NCBI GenBank assembly: GCA_051294375.1
Contig: CM119264.1
Coordinates: forward strand, 18,333,454 to 18,397,453
DNA from: Paraspadella gotoi
Taxonomy: Eukaryota > Animalia > Chaetognatha
Direction of reading: 5' to 3'
Length of the DNA stretch: 64,000 nucleotides
Positions 27,220-43,480 of the stretch are shown here, piece after piece; within the stretch, counting starts at the first letter, position 1; the number at the start of each line of letters is the position of its first letter. A program made the position numbers and the translations under genes. Under the pieces are notes generated by a model that ran no database searches, was not told the DNA's origin, and saw nothing but the letters and a program-made list of their open reading frames with translations.

Positions 27220-27657
27220 GTCGACCGAGTTTAGCGCTCGGACGGAGGTCGCCGTTTCCTCGTTGGCGCAATGGGCGCCATTAATTCCGGTTTTGATGGC
27301 GCCACTAATCCGAAAATCTTTTCTCCTATTCAAGAATGTGGTACATGACACTCAGGAACGAAAGGATGGCAAGAGTCGACGATGAGGTCTGAGGATGGGC
27401 GTGGCAGTAATTGAGAAAAGTCGAAAAGAAGAATTTAGAGTTTTCGAATCTAATACTTTTTATACAGAATCTCCTCCTCATCATTTTTTTCATCTTTTTC
27501 ATCATCAACATCAACATCATCATTCGCCCTTGTTTTTTCAATCAGCTTTGGAAATTGTATTTACTTTGATCAGCTTACATCGCTTTTATTCCCGATTTAG
27601 TAAATAAATGCACTAAATATATTATCTAATCGATCAAACGCCCTTCGTTGCATTGAC

Positions 27658-27661
<4 letters not shown>

Positions 27662-27744
<83 letters not shown>
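27662..27744 (+). repeat. (CT)n microsatellite
   Basis: Direct reading. Confidence 0.95.
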
Positions 27745-27747
<3 letters not shown>

Positions 27748-27852
27748 ATCAGCCTTGCAGAATCCCCTCGGTAAACCGGCGTGACGCTTTGAAGGCCCTA
27801 TACTCACTAGATTCTTGTCTCGATGCAATGCCGTTCTTAAAAGACTCTCAGA

Positions 27853-28468
27853 TTACCAAGATATCCAACGAAACTGTAACTTTTTAAAAAATCACTACTC
27901 ACAGTTAAAGATTGGGAGGAGATGGTATAGTTAAATCGTAAATTTAAAAAAAAGGAAAAAAATCTGGATTCTAGGCTTTGGTAGAAAATTCTCAATTCAA
28001 AAATTTTAAAAAATCTCACTGTGAACTATTTTATATAAAAGTATGTTTTTTTTGACTGCTGGGCAAGTGTTTGTCAATATGTAGGACAACTGGGTATTTA
28101 AAAAAATGAATAGTTAGCAGTACAGTATAAACATCAGTATTTTAGAAAATTATTCTAAATGCTGCAAACACTCTTCAAATGATTTGGGCATGACCTACAG
28201 AACCTTCAGAAGGATAATACACAAAGATCTTTGTTAGAGCAATTATAAACTATAACTAATTATAACTAATCATTTCAGAACTGAAAACAAATTGGGGAAA
28301 AAAAATCCTCAGTCACCTGAAAAAGAAGACCCAACTTTATCTCCTGGCTAGTTAAAGACATTATGAGATTTTTCTTAATAATTTGATCCCATGATAAAAA
28401 CTTAATATTAATCAATTAATGAGATATGAATTTTTAGAAAGTTACAGTTTCGTTGGAAATCTGGATAA
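27853..28468. mobile_element. MITE-like element with about 40-bp imperfect TIRs
   Basis: TCCAACGAAACTGTAACTTT near 27864 is the reverse complement of AAAGTTACAGTTTCGTTGGA near 28438; AT-rich non-coding interior. Confidence 0.65.
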
Positions 28469-31400
28469 GTTTGCGTGTCGTTCAGTTTAACTTTCCCTCG
28501 GACATCGCTTTTAATCTTGATTTCTTGTCATTTGAGTTCGAAAATAAATCTTATTGTTAAAGAAATTGATCAAACAGATATCACAGCGGCATCATTCAAT
28601 ATCATTTCGATCGGAAAGAATTTTGTCTTTCTGTCGGAGATGACGAACTCAACGTGTGTCGATTCGAGCCTAATGGTCGGAACGTCTAGACCGGGGCCTG
28701 ATGGCTTCCTCTCAGAATTCGTGACGAATGGGAAAGAAGAGTTGAAAGAGAAGAAATGAAAAATTAGAAATAGAGAGAAAAGAGGAAGTAGAAAGAATTA
28801 GAAGTAGAATGATAAGAAGAAAAGAAAAGTGATGACGACTGAGGGGAGTTAGAAAAGTGATGACGAATAAAAAAAAATATAGCAAATTGATAATCAACTT
28901 TGGACGGATGCAGAGAGAGAACTTTTAATGGGATGATGAAACTAATTTAAAAAAAGATCCATTATACGATTCAGCTTTGGACAATGGACTGGACACTGAA
29001 CAGTGGATGGATGAGGTAAATTTTACTCGTACTGTTTTCTGAAAACTATCAAATGTACGAAAAAAAAACTCACTAATTAATACAAAAGTACTAATTCTTT
29101 TTAAAAATAATAAAGATGTCCATGGAATTTGTCTCAAAATAATAAAAATATCAGATAACGATNNNNNNNNNNNNNNNNNNNNNNNNNCCGGCTTTTGATG
29201 GCGCAATAATCGAAAATCTTTTCTCCTATTCAAGAATGTGGTACATGACACTCAGGAACGAAAGGATGGGCAAGAGTCGACGATTGAGGTCTGAGGATGG
29301 GCGTGGCAGTAATTGAGAGAAGTCGAAAAGAAGAATTTAGAGTTTTCGAATCTAATAAAAAACTTTTTAAATCCCAGAATCTCCTCCTCATCATTTTTTT
29401 TCATCTTTTCATCATCAACACAACATAATCATTCGCCCTTGTTTTTTCCAAAATCAGCTTTGGAAATTGTATTACTTCTGTCAGCTTACATCGCTTTTAT
29501 TCCCGATTTAGTAATTAAATGCACTAAATATATTACTAATCGATCAACGCCCTTCGTCTGCATTGACGAATTCTCTCTCTCTTTTCTCTCTTCTCCTCTC
29601 TCCTCTCCTCTCTCTCTCTCCCTCTCACACCTCAGTCCAACCTAACTACCCCTCCGCCGCCACCAGCAACCCGCGCCCCCTCTCAACCCCGCTCCCCTAA
29701 CACCCCACCCACCCACACTCACCCCGCCTCCGTCCAGCGTCCTCAACCACTCCACACCCCTCAACTCCCACCCGTCCTCCCCGACCGCCTCTCTCCCCCC
29801 TCACTCACCACAGCTCTCCTCTCCCTCGTCTCTCCTCGCCACACCACCACCTACCTCCCCCCCTCTACCACCACCACCTCCCCTGCTCCCTCCCTCATCC
29901 ACGACAACCTCCCCACCCCGATCACCCCCAACCCCCCACACACAACCCCAACCACACTGCCGGGATCTACATCACCACTCAAAAACCACACCACCCAACC
30001 AACCCCGCCTCTCCCAAACCCCCACGCCCATATGCCAGCACACACTTACCCAAAACAGCTCTCCCTGCTCTCCCCACCACCCCGACAACAACCAACCACA
30101 CAAAACGCAAAACAACAAACCACAACCCCCCAACAACACAACCCAAGAACCCCCCCACCAAGAACCCAGATATGTTCAATACCCCCAATATATAGATATA
30201 AAAACAACCATAACAAACTACCAGTAATCAACACCAAATAAACAACCCAAAACCCTATACAATCACCTCAACCCCCTCCCCCCACCACTCCCCATCATTC
30301 CCACCCGAACTCTAATCTACCCCCAACTACATACCCAACCCAAACTCACAACCCCACCACTCCAAAACCAAAGCCACACCAAACAAACCACACACACAAA
30401 CCCACACCCCCACACTCCCTCCTTCCCCACTCGCACCCCCCACTCACCTCTTCAAGCTACACAAAACCCATCACCACCAACCAAAGAAAACAACCAAAAA
30501 CAAGAAAAAAAACAATAAAAAACAAAAACACCGAAAAAACACACAAAAACAACCCAAAAAAAAACAAAACATCATAACAAAAACCATCACAATATAAAAA
30601 AAAAAAAAAAAACAAAAAAAAAACGCCACCCAAACAAACACTAACAACAACAACACAAAAAAATCAAAAAACAAACAAAAACAACACCGCCAACAAACCA
30701 CACACAACATCCAACACAAACTAAACAAAAACACAAACAAACAACAATAAAAATACAAAAAAAAAAAAAAATAACGAAAAAAAACACATCCAATCACACA
30801 AAAAACCAAAAACCAAAAAAATAACCAAACAAAAAATAAATAACAGAACACCAAAAAACCACAAAACCAACAAAAAAAACAACATAACAAAAAACCTACC
30901 AACCAACAAAAATAAACTCACACGAAACACGAAATAAACAAAAAAACAACAACAGCAACAAAAAACACCACACAACCGATAACCCCACAACAAAACCCAC
31001 CCAAAAAAAAACACACCAACCCACCAAAATAGACCATCTACAACTACCAACACATCAACAAAACCAATACACAAACACATATAAATCCTAACATAACATC
31101 ATAAATCCTGCATATCTCCATCTCTCCTCTTCCTCCCTTCTCGCTCTTTCTCATCTCCAAAACACTCCACTCTAACTCTCCTCCTCATCAACACTAAAAC
31201 ACCTCTCTCTCCCTGACATTATCCCCAGCTGGCAGAACCTCGGTAAACACCGGCGTAGAGCTTTGAAGGCCCATAACTAAACTAGATTTTCTTGTCATCA
31301 AAGAAACCCAACTCGACAACATGTGCCAACCAGTAAACACCTAAAAAAAGAACAATCACGACACAAACCACCAATCAGCAAATATAAAAAACTACACAGA

Positions 31401-33250
31401 ACCAAACATCTCAACCACTCACCCACCGAACTGTAAACTCTATATCATAAACAACACCTCCCCATTACTCACCCCAAGGCCCTCTACACAGCAATATCGC
31501 GGCGTCAGCGCAGCACCAATAAAGGACCACCACCTACTCACGGAGCTACTAGCAAACCTCAAGTACAATTATCCAAAACCACACACACACAAGCGCCCCA
31601 ACCCCGCAACAACCAAAAACACGAACACATTCCAGCATTAGCGGATCACCCCATCCTAAAAAAAAAGGCAAAAACCCAAAAATTACATGAGAATCAACCA
31701 GCCACAACTTAATCAACCATTCCCCCAAAACCCAATCAACACTAACATTAAAAAACTACTACCCCCACCCTAAGCACACCCATGACGAAACACACACTAA
31801 TATCACTATCCAAACCATAACATAACAACACCACCAACGCTATAGACTACAGATTATACAGTATCTATCATCAATACGAACCAAGAAACCTAGCCTCATG
31901 GCCCCGAAAAAAACCCACAAGTGATTCAACTCTTAGTTACATATCAGTACGGCAAACAAAAAAAAATGAGGCAAAAATAATAAAAATAAAAACCAAACCT
32001 AAAATGACATAAAAAGTATTAATAAAAAAACGAAACAGAATAAAAAAAAACGTAAAATAAACAACATAACTCACAGCTAATATTTAGAAACAAACTAACT
32101 ATCTAAACATAGCTGCAAACATAAAACAAAAACGACTAAAAACACAAAACACAAAAATAACAAAACAATCACATATAAATACAACATGATATATTCGGGC
32201 ATGACCCATAAACAGAAAAAAACATATCAGAAAACAAAAGCGATCAAACAGATAACACAAACAAGAATCTTATGTTAAGACCAACCGCAATTATAAAACC
32301 TACTAAAAACCAGAACCAATCTATAACTAATATAGCTAATCATTTCACGAACTCCGAAAACAAATTGGGGAAAAAAAATCCTCAGTCACCTGAAAAAGAA
32401 GACCCAACTTTATCTCCTGGCTAGTTAAAGACATTATGAGATTTTTCTTAATAATTTTGATCCCATGATAAAAACTTAATATTAATCATTAATGAGATAT
32501 GGAATTTTTAGAAAGTTACAGTTTCGTTGGAATCTGGATAAGTTTGCGTGTCGTTCAGTTTAACTTTCCCTCGGACATCGGCTTTTAATTCACGTCCAAA
32601 TTATCATTCCTCTTGATTTCTTGTCATTTGAGTTCGAAAATAAATCTTATTGTTGAAGAAATTGATCAAACAGTATCACAGCGGCATCATTCAATATCAT
32701 TTCGATCGGAAAGAATTTTGTCTTTCTGTCGGAGATGACGAACTCAACGTGTGTCGATTCGAGCCTAATGGTCGGAACGTCTAGACGACCCGGGCCTGAT
32801 GGCTTCCTCTCAGAATTCGTGACGAATGGGAAAGAAGAGTTGAAAGAGAAGAAATGAAAAATTAGAAATAGAGAGAAAAAAATAAAAAGTAGAAAGAATT
32901 AGAAGTAGAAGATAAGAAGAAAAAAAGTGATGACGACTGAGGGGAGTTAGAAAAGTGATGACGAATAAAAAAAATATAGCAAATTGATAATCAACTTTGG
33001 ACGGATGCAGAGAGAGAACTTTTAATGGATGATGAACTAATTAAAAAAAGATCCATTATACGATTCAGCTTTGGACAATGGACTGGACACTGAACAGTGG
33101 ATGGATGAGGTAAATTTTACTCGTACTGTTTTCTGATATAAATGTACGAAAAAAAACTCACTAATTAATACAAAAGTACTAATTCTTTTTAAAAATAATA
33201 AAGATGTCCATGGAATTTGTCTCAAATAATAATAAAATATCAGATAACGA

Positions 33251-33347
<97 letters not shown>

Positions 33348-34384
33348 TCCCTCTCTCTCTCTCTCTCTCTCCGAAACATGTTGAGCGTAGATTCGTGATC
33401 TGACTGAAGCGTCGCGCGTCTTGTTTGTTTTTTGTTTACGCTTTCCGTCGCGAATGAGAACGTCAACGGATAAAAAACGAGGGAATGAATTTATCAGTTG
33501 TCAGGACTTAATCTCTTCGCCGGGTCTGCCTCGACTCTCCGATGAATCCAAATGCTCCATTAAGGTTCGCTCGCTCACTCGCGATGGACTCGTTTCATTT
33601 TTTTTCTCTCTTTCCAATTTGCCCGGCGGATTTGATTTTATAATTTTTACGCTTTTACCTATAGTTTTCCACTTTCCGGTTTTTCTCTACTCATTTACGT
33701 TAAAAATTTCTCCCTTGTTCAGAGAGTGATGATGTTGACAGAAAACCTCTCGATTTTGCGATAATTATAAGTCGCAGCGATTGCTCATTGTTCACGGAAA
33801 AGTGAAAGCCGACTTTCACTTTTCCGTGAACAACAAACTTTTTCTTTAAAACAATGATTTATAAATATGTCCAAAAACCTTGGATTAATGACCACCCACT
33901 CAGAGACTTAAGACTCATAAGACTGAAAGTGCTGTAAAAGCGGAATTGCAGTGACTGACCAGCGAGGCACACTGGAAGACGTCGTCCGACACCTCGTAAA
34001 AATGGATAACGGAGGCGAAAAGAAAAGGAAGACCGGAATAGAAGGCAACGTTATTCTGGCCTATCGTTATCCTTTCGGAAGCACCGCATCCTCATATTTT
34101 TTTCTTTATTATGACGTAATGTGGTGGCTTCTGAAGTCCAACGGCCTTGTCGTATCTTTTTTTAAAAGTTTTTAGAGAGTTGCTATTTTGTTGATATTTT
34201 TTGTCACAAAAAAATTACACAACCACACCTGCTTATTTTTTTTGTTTGTTTTCTGTCTTTCTTCTTTTTTCTTTTGATTTTGTCTATTTTCTTTCTCTTT
34301 TGTACTTTTTTTCCCATCTCTTTCTCCATCAACCCGCCACGCTCCATCTCCATCTATTCCCATCTCGCTGCTGTCTCTTCAAAG

Positions 34385-34555
34385 GCGACGAATCGGACGT
34401 GAGGTCACCGTCGGCGTCACTGCCAGCTCACGAAGACAATGAAAAACCAATGGCTGCAGCGGCTGGGCCGGGGCATCGGCGCCGGCGAGGCCGCCAAGAA
34501 TGCCGCAGGTTGAATGTCGAGCCAATACGGCGTCACGGGAAGCACGGACAAAGAG
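34385..34555 (+). CDS. Isolated candidate exon (GDESDVRSPSASLPAHEDNEKP...HGKHGQR), phase 1 to 1
   Basis: GC-rich island after a pyrimidine tract of about 150 nt, ttcaaag| acceptor, GAG|gtgagt donor; no firmly linked partner exons. Confidence 0.35.
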
Positions 34556-35067
34556 GTGAGTTTGACTCTGCCGGAGACGGCGACGACGACGACGACGATG
34601 ACGATGACGACGATTACGACGTTGATAAATGAGCGAAATACCAAACAATAGTCTGAGTAGAGAGACGGAAGAAAGGGAAAATGAAAAGGTGAAGTTAAAT
34701 GGCGAGTGACGCGCGTCAACCTGTGAAATATTGCTATTATTTATACATTTCTTTTTCTATTATTAAACAGAATTTTTAAAATCTTTGAAAAGACGTATGT
34801 TTAGAGACGTAGTATTTATTATCACCTGGAAAAATATCATAAAAACGGATGGAACTCGTTACATCTTAAAAAAAAAAGATGTAAATGGAAAAATCTCATT
34901 GTTGCGTCTCTTATCAACGGTTGCATATGATGATTGTTAATCCGGAAAATTTTTACACAAGACATGATATCGAGCAGGTGAAGGTGATTATATTAGCTAC
35001 TTGCTTTATTGAGTCTATTAGGGAACATGGGCATTTCAATAATAATAATTCTCCTAATAAATATTAT

Positions 35068-35128
35068 AGAAATATCTAGAATATCTAAAATATCTAGAAA
35101 ATCTAGAAATATCTAAAATATCTAGAAA
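35068..35128 (+). repeat. 9-11 bp tandem repeat (AGAAATATCT variants)
   Basis: About 6 copies visible directly. Confidence 0.85.
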
Positions 35129-35331
35129 CTTGAGTTCCATTAAAAGAAGCCCCCGACCAAATTTTCAACGGTCGCCCTTTTCATTTATTAACGAAAATAT
35201 GAATGAAAAGTTTTCCTTTCCCACTAAAAAATGTATGTCGTTCCGTATAAATGGAAGCCTCGCTCGTTATGTATTATTGATTCTTCAAGACGAGAAAACT
35301 CTCCCCCGTTTTCTTTATGACAACACACACC

Positions 35332-35443
<112 letters not shown>

Positions 35444-37379
35444 CCCTAACTTTCTTTTATTATAGTGCTCGCTTCACGATTCCATTACTCTTAAATTGTG
35501 ACGACCATTGGTCCTAATATATTTTCAAGAAGTCACATTTCCTCATTCGCATTTCCCATTTACCTTCGTCAAGGCTTCGGCATCGAATTCAGTCCTACTC
35601 TGAATCTGACGCCGACAAACAAGTTCGCCTCGTGCCCGCACCACTTTTGAGAGTTTGCATAGAATTTCATACCTCGTGACATCATTGCTAAAATAAGCGC
35701 CTTCAAATATACATAGCTATTTTAGAAAACAATTTCCCACTTTTAGCGAAAGAATTTATCCACGAATGGACCGAGCCTTAAAATAATGAGATGGAGTTGT
35801 CAGAAAGTTAATTAAAAACTCCATCAAATTCTCGTCGATTTGCATTTGTTTTAGACAAGAAATCAACTCGAGACACGAAAGGAAATCCATCTTTTAGCAG
35901 GCGCCGCTACATTCTTCGGCCAGCGGCGGTTTGGCAGGAATTCCGGCGCCGCAGTAATCCGTGGCGGCGCTGCTACATTCTTCGGCGACGGGAAAAACCT
36001 TCACGACGACGTGATACCGAAAGACAAACCAATCTATATCACATCCATGAGGTTCGATCACTCGAGGCTATCGCTCGAAACCTCCCTGCTATATGTTAGC
36101 GTCTCTCCTCTGAAGAATTAATTATTACGTCGCGCGCAACTCGGGAAACGTGGCAATGTCGTCGGATCGACTGAAGAATTTAAAGACACAATGGCAACAT
36201 TAATCCACTTCATTTATTCATTGCATAAAATATAACATCTCAAATCATTTGACGAGACCGCAGATTTTTCAAACATTTTTAAACTGAAGCCTGAACTCTT
36301 TTCTCTGATTTTGTCTCCCTTCGATTTTCTTTTTAATTCATATACTTTTTAGAATTATCTTTTTTTTATCCTTCCATTTCTTTCTTTATTTTTTTTTCCG
36401 TCCCAATCTTTACATAAATCAGCTTGTAGTATCTGCTCCTCTCCTGCCTTTCTCTGATTCACGTACCTGAACGTATCCCATACTTTTATTTTCTTCTTTT
36501 CCTCTTCATTTTTTTTCAACCCCTTTCTTTTCCTAGCCGGCCCCCGCAGGTCGTAATTCATAAGTAAGCGAAGAAGGACATTAGGAAAAGTTCTCGAGGA
36601 GATTCTTTACTGCTGGCGGGCGAGTTGCCGCCGTACCCGCCTCCCGGGGAATGAAGAATAGCATCGATGTTTACCAGAGGCCCGAGTGTTATTCGTTAAA
36701 AGTATTCTATATATAATTGTCTTATTTCTAGTTTTTTTCTCTTTTGACTTAGCCAAAACAAAGAATTTGTTTTTCTTCTTTTTTTTATTTTATAATTTTG
36801 TACGTTTGGGGGGCGTACGATGATGTTGGCGTGATTTGTTTGTTTGTTTGTTTCTGCTTTTATTGTCAGGGCGAATTTTTAGAAATATGGCGCACAATTT
36901 ACCCCCCCGAGTCTATCTTCACAGTCAGATAAATGTTGACCGATGTTTTCGTCAAGGGATATGAATTTAAACAAAGATTATTTGGCATTTCAATTTATTA
37001 TTCATTTTTAGAATGTTAACACTTAATATTTCGGAACGATATCATAATGTTTCAATAACGCAAACGTTGAAATGCAATATAAATCTAGCAGCGTTATGAC
37101 CCGAAATTCACTATATATTTCTCGGTACCGCTGTTGTTGCCTTTTTCGCTGGTCTCGTTCAGCGGTTATCTTTTTTGTTTATTTGTGTTTTCCCCAAGTC
37201 GTTGTCATCGCGGTCGTCGTCGTCGTCGTCTTTCTCGTTACAGCCTCGACCGCAAAACATTGTCCTTCTTATTGTTATGTCTCTTCGACGACGTCGCCCT
37301 TTCCTTTCGTCCCCGAGTCTCGGATCCCGCGGCCCTTCTCATCTACAATTCCGTCTCCGTCCGAGTTCGACTTTCTTTT

Positions 37380-37950
37380 CACTCATCCACTCCTTTCCAC
37401 TCATTCGCTCTATTAATTCACTCATATCCACTCATTCACTCCTTTCCACTCATTCACTCTATTAATTCACTCATATCCACTCATTCACTCCTTTCCACTC
37501 ATTCACTCTATTAATTCACTCATATCCACTCATTCACTCCTTTCCACTCATTCACTCTATTAATTCACTCATATCCACTCATTCACTCCTTTCCACTCAT
37601 TCACTCTATTAATTCACTCATATCCACTCATTCACTCCTTTCTACTCATTCACTTTATTAATTTACTCATATCCACTCATTCACTTTTTTCAACTCATTC
37701 ACTCTATTAATTCACTTTTTCAACTCATTCACTCTATTAATTCACTCATATCCACTCATTCACTCCTTTCCACTCATTCACTCTATTAATTCACTCATAT
37801 CCACTCATTCACCTTTTTCAACTCATTCACTTTATCAATTCACTCATATCCTCTCATTCACTTTTTTCCTCTCTTTCACTTCTTTCCACTCATTCATTCC
37901 TTTCCACTCGCTCACTCCTTTCCACTCATTCACATCTTTCGACTTCACTT
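37380..37950 (+). repeat. 49-bp minisatellite built from CACTCATT sub-units
   Basis: Unit CACTCATTCACTCCTTTCCACTCATTCACTCTATTAATTCACTCATATC; TATTAATT recurs at 37411, 37460, 37509...; degenerates at the 3' end. Confidence 0.92.
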
Positions 37951-38153
37951 CTTCACTCCTTTTCCCCTATCGTTTTCACATTTCTGGTCGCCCAGACCCT
38001 TTGATAATTTTCTCTTATCCATATCACGCTCGCCTTATTCCGTCTCATCACATTCAGCATTCAATTCATTCAGCCAAACGTGATAAGATAAAATAAAAAC
38101 TGAAAAAAAAAAATCTAAACAATATCTCCCCATATTTCACGCTTTTTTCCCCT

Positions 38154-38290
<137 letters not shown>

Positions 38291-40656
38291 TCGCTCGAGC
38301 TCCGTCTCCATCCTTTTCTGTCCACGTTTTTCGACAGTCAGATACTTTTATTTTCAGCGAATTGCGTCTTTTCATTCAGCGAGAGGGATTTTGCATTTTC
38401 CAATCATGAATTATAGCATTTAAAAAAAAAATTGCAAAATTCAAAAAGAACGTATTGAGCCTGAAATAAAGTTTCTGACAAAGAGTTACTACTGAAATAC
38501 AATGGCATGTATAATCTATATCTATAATCATGTATAATAATGATCTCATTACAAACGTATGCAGCGCTGTCATTTCTTTTGAATTTTGGTGATATACTAT
38601 ATGCAAAAAAATATTTTTTTGAATCTTGGAAACTTGAGATGCCTGACGACGAAACACCTGAAAGGCGCCACAAGGATTCTCCCGAGGGGCGTAGCGCGCC
38701 ACGCCACCTGTGGCGCATCCAGCTTCGTTTTAATGGAGACAAATCCTTCCCTCGGCGAAGTCGCGTCGAAGCGTGAAAGTCGCAATTGACGCGAAGTTCG
38801 TGAAACGGAGTCCCGCGTTAAGGGGACCCAACGAGTCGCGTCTCACTCTTGAAACATCGGCGGCAGCAACCGGCCTTAAATGAGTCCCGCACGCTCGTCC
38901 TCTCTTCTCCGTAGGCCCTCGTCGAATCGATGCCCGGACGAAGCCGCCGCCACCAACCGAATTCCTTTGTGAAGTCGCGATAAATCGTCTCGCGCGTGGA
39001 AGACGCGGGGAAACCGGGCCACGCGTTAGGGCGCGTGAAACTGGGTCCCACGTGGCGGGAAATTCGGGCGACCGTGAATCTCGAACCGGAGATGTGAACC
39101 CCGCGAAACGAGAGCTTCCATGTGTGAAAAGTGAACAAAAGACGAAAATAAACAAAGAGTTTTGTGAAGTAGCAAATTCAGCTTGTTGATACTGATAGTA
39201 TATTTTTATGTCTCTTTTTTTTACACCCTTTTTTTTCTTTTTCCTGTTTTTTTTTATGAGAACTGCCATTGTTCCATAATTTCCATTTTTTTTGGGCTTT
39301 CAAATAACTTTTAGTAAAATATTAAACAGTCAAAATTTTAAAGATTTAATTTTCATAACGCAGGCAGGCATTTCCATTGCCTATCATCGCGACTATCTCT
39401 AAGTTACTATTTATTAACTTTATGACGTTTTCGCTCCTCGGAGCGCCTCGTTTGATAAAATCTATAACAGCTGTTGTTATTGTTTGCCAGAATTCTAAAG
39501 TCACGTGACTCGCGCGTGATAAATTAATTGGAGACGGTCGAATATAAAAGAAAAGTATCCTTATATGCAAATTAGTAAAATAAACTGAGCAAATAAGAGA
39601 TTTCAGACTGCACCACACATCAAATATTCATCGTTACCCCATGCACTCCCCGTCATCCTTCCGCGCGAATTGTTCCTCCCCGCTTCTCCCTTTTACTCTA
39701 CTTCCTATCCCCCTTTTCTTCCTCACCCCACCTCACCCCCCCTCGCCCCCCCGATCTTTGACTTATGTCCTCGGCGTTTGAGCCTTTCCCCTCATAAATC
39801 CTCTTCCTCTCTTCCTCGAGATAAAAAGGGAAGAGAAGTGGGGATTTTTCTTTTCAAACTTCTCCCGTCGCTGATTGAGACGAAGAGAAAAGGCCGTGGG
39901 TTTTCTTGTTTGGCTTCCGGGAGAAGAAGGCTGAAAATTAGTCGAGGGGCTAATTGGGCAATAAAGGGCTACGGGTAAGGGAATGGGGAAATGAGAATTA
40001 TTTCGCGGGTGAGAGGGGGCGTGCTAATTGAATTACGAGCGAGCGAGTGGATTTGGTTATCGGTGATGTTGATGCAGGGAGAGAAGAAAAGTGGAGAGTG
40101 GCCATATTTACTTTTTCTTCGTGTTTTTTTTTTTTCAACTAAACAAAATTCTCTCAACATCTCGTCCTTTATTCAAGACTCTTTTTAATTTAGACTTTTT
40201 TTTTCGTATCCGACTATCCGTCCATTAATTCTTTTTTTTATATTTTACATGAAGAATTGATAAGCCTACGAGACGAGGCGACAGCAAAGAAACTTGAAAC
40301 TTACGATCGGATAACATAAAACTGTTGATTATGATAAAACAAAAAAAAAGCATGGGCTAAATCGTTAGTAACAAAACAAACAACGCCAATATTACTATAA
40401 CTATTACTATATATAACTATAAAATACTAATTTACGTACAAGGAATTAAAGATTCAATAGGTGTTTACTATATGAACAAATATACATAACAACTAATTGT
40501 TTAGTTCGAAGGACGAAAAGAAAAATCTATAAAAACTTCGTTTCAACGTGACTGAGCGCAATTTCCAGCAGCAGAAAAGAACGAGCTTGCGAAGGATGGA
40601 ACGGAGAACGGAGACAGAAATGGAGACAGAGACAGAGACAGAGGAAAGGAGAGGGA

Positions 40657-40700
<44 letters not shown>

Positions 40701-41334
40701 AAAATTTTACCGCTGCTTTTTTTTCTTCAAAAACCATTCTCAGATTATACCCCGTTTTCCCCGGCTCTTCGGCGGCGGAAAAGAACAGACAAGCGGAGGA
40801 AGCTGCGAATTTTATCTCTCATCCGAGTTTGTTGGGGGACCTATGGTGGAGAGTGTGAATACGTGCGGGGAAATTACAATTTCGCTGGCAATATTCAAAT
40901 ATATATATATATATTCGAAGATAGCCTGTGTATTTGCAATGTGCATGGTGAACGCCAGTACTAGGATTATAAGAGAGATAAACCGAAGGAGATTTTGTTT
41001 CGCAATATTCTTTTTTAATTTTTTTTTCTTTTTAGATTAAAATTTTCGAGGAATAAAAAAGGATCGGGCGAAAAAAAAGGCGGCAAAACATAAAGCGCAA
41101 ACAAAACAAACCGCAAAAAATGAAGCAAAACAGTGAGGATCGGGAAGAGGAAGGGGTTAGGCTGGGCCTGGGCTGGGTTAGCGAGTAACACCATGTGACT
41201 TTTTCCTCTTTAGACTCAGCTAATCTCCCTGAAACTTTTTTCCTAACCTTTCCTAACCTTCTTAACTACATTTATTTCTCCTTTAACTACATCACGTCTC
41301 TCTCTCTCTCTCTCTCTCCGTCCCTTATTTCCTT

Positions 41335-43480
<2,146 letters not shown>

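Larger units (their letters stand above)
27288..33252 (+). other. Apparent tandem duplication (27288-29162 repeated at 29188-33252), likely gap-fill artefact
   Basis: Copies are separated by exactly 25 N (29163-29187) and differ mainly by small indels; the middle of copy 2 is degraded. Confidence 0.85.

Noticed and set aside
30032-31080. Phe/Val/Cys/Gly-rich hydrophobic ORFs on the minus strand
   Set aside because: Translations of the degraded C/A artefact tract
35578-35616. Imperfect 16-bp hairpin as a miRNA precursor
   Set aside because: Stem too short, two mismatches, no recognisable mature miRNA
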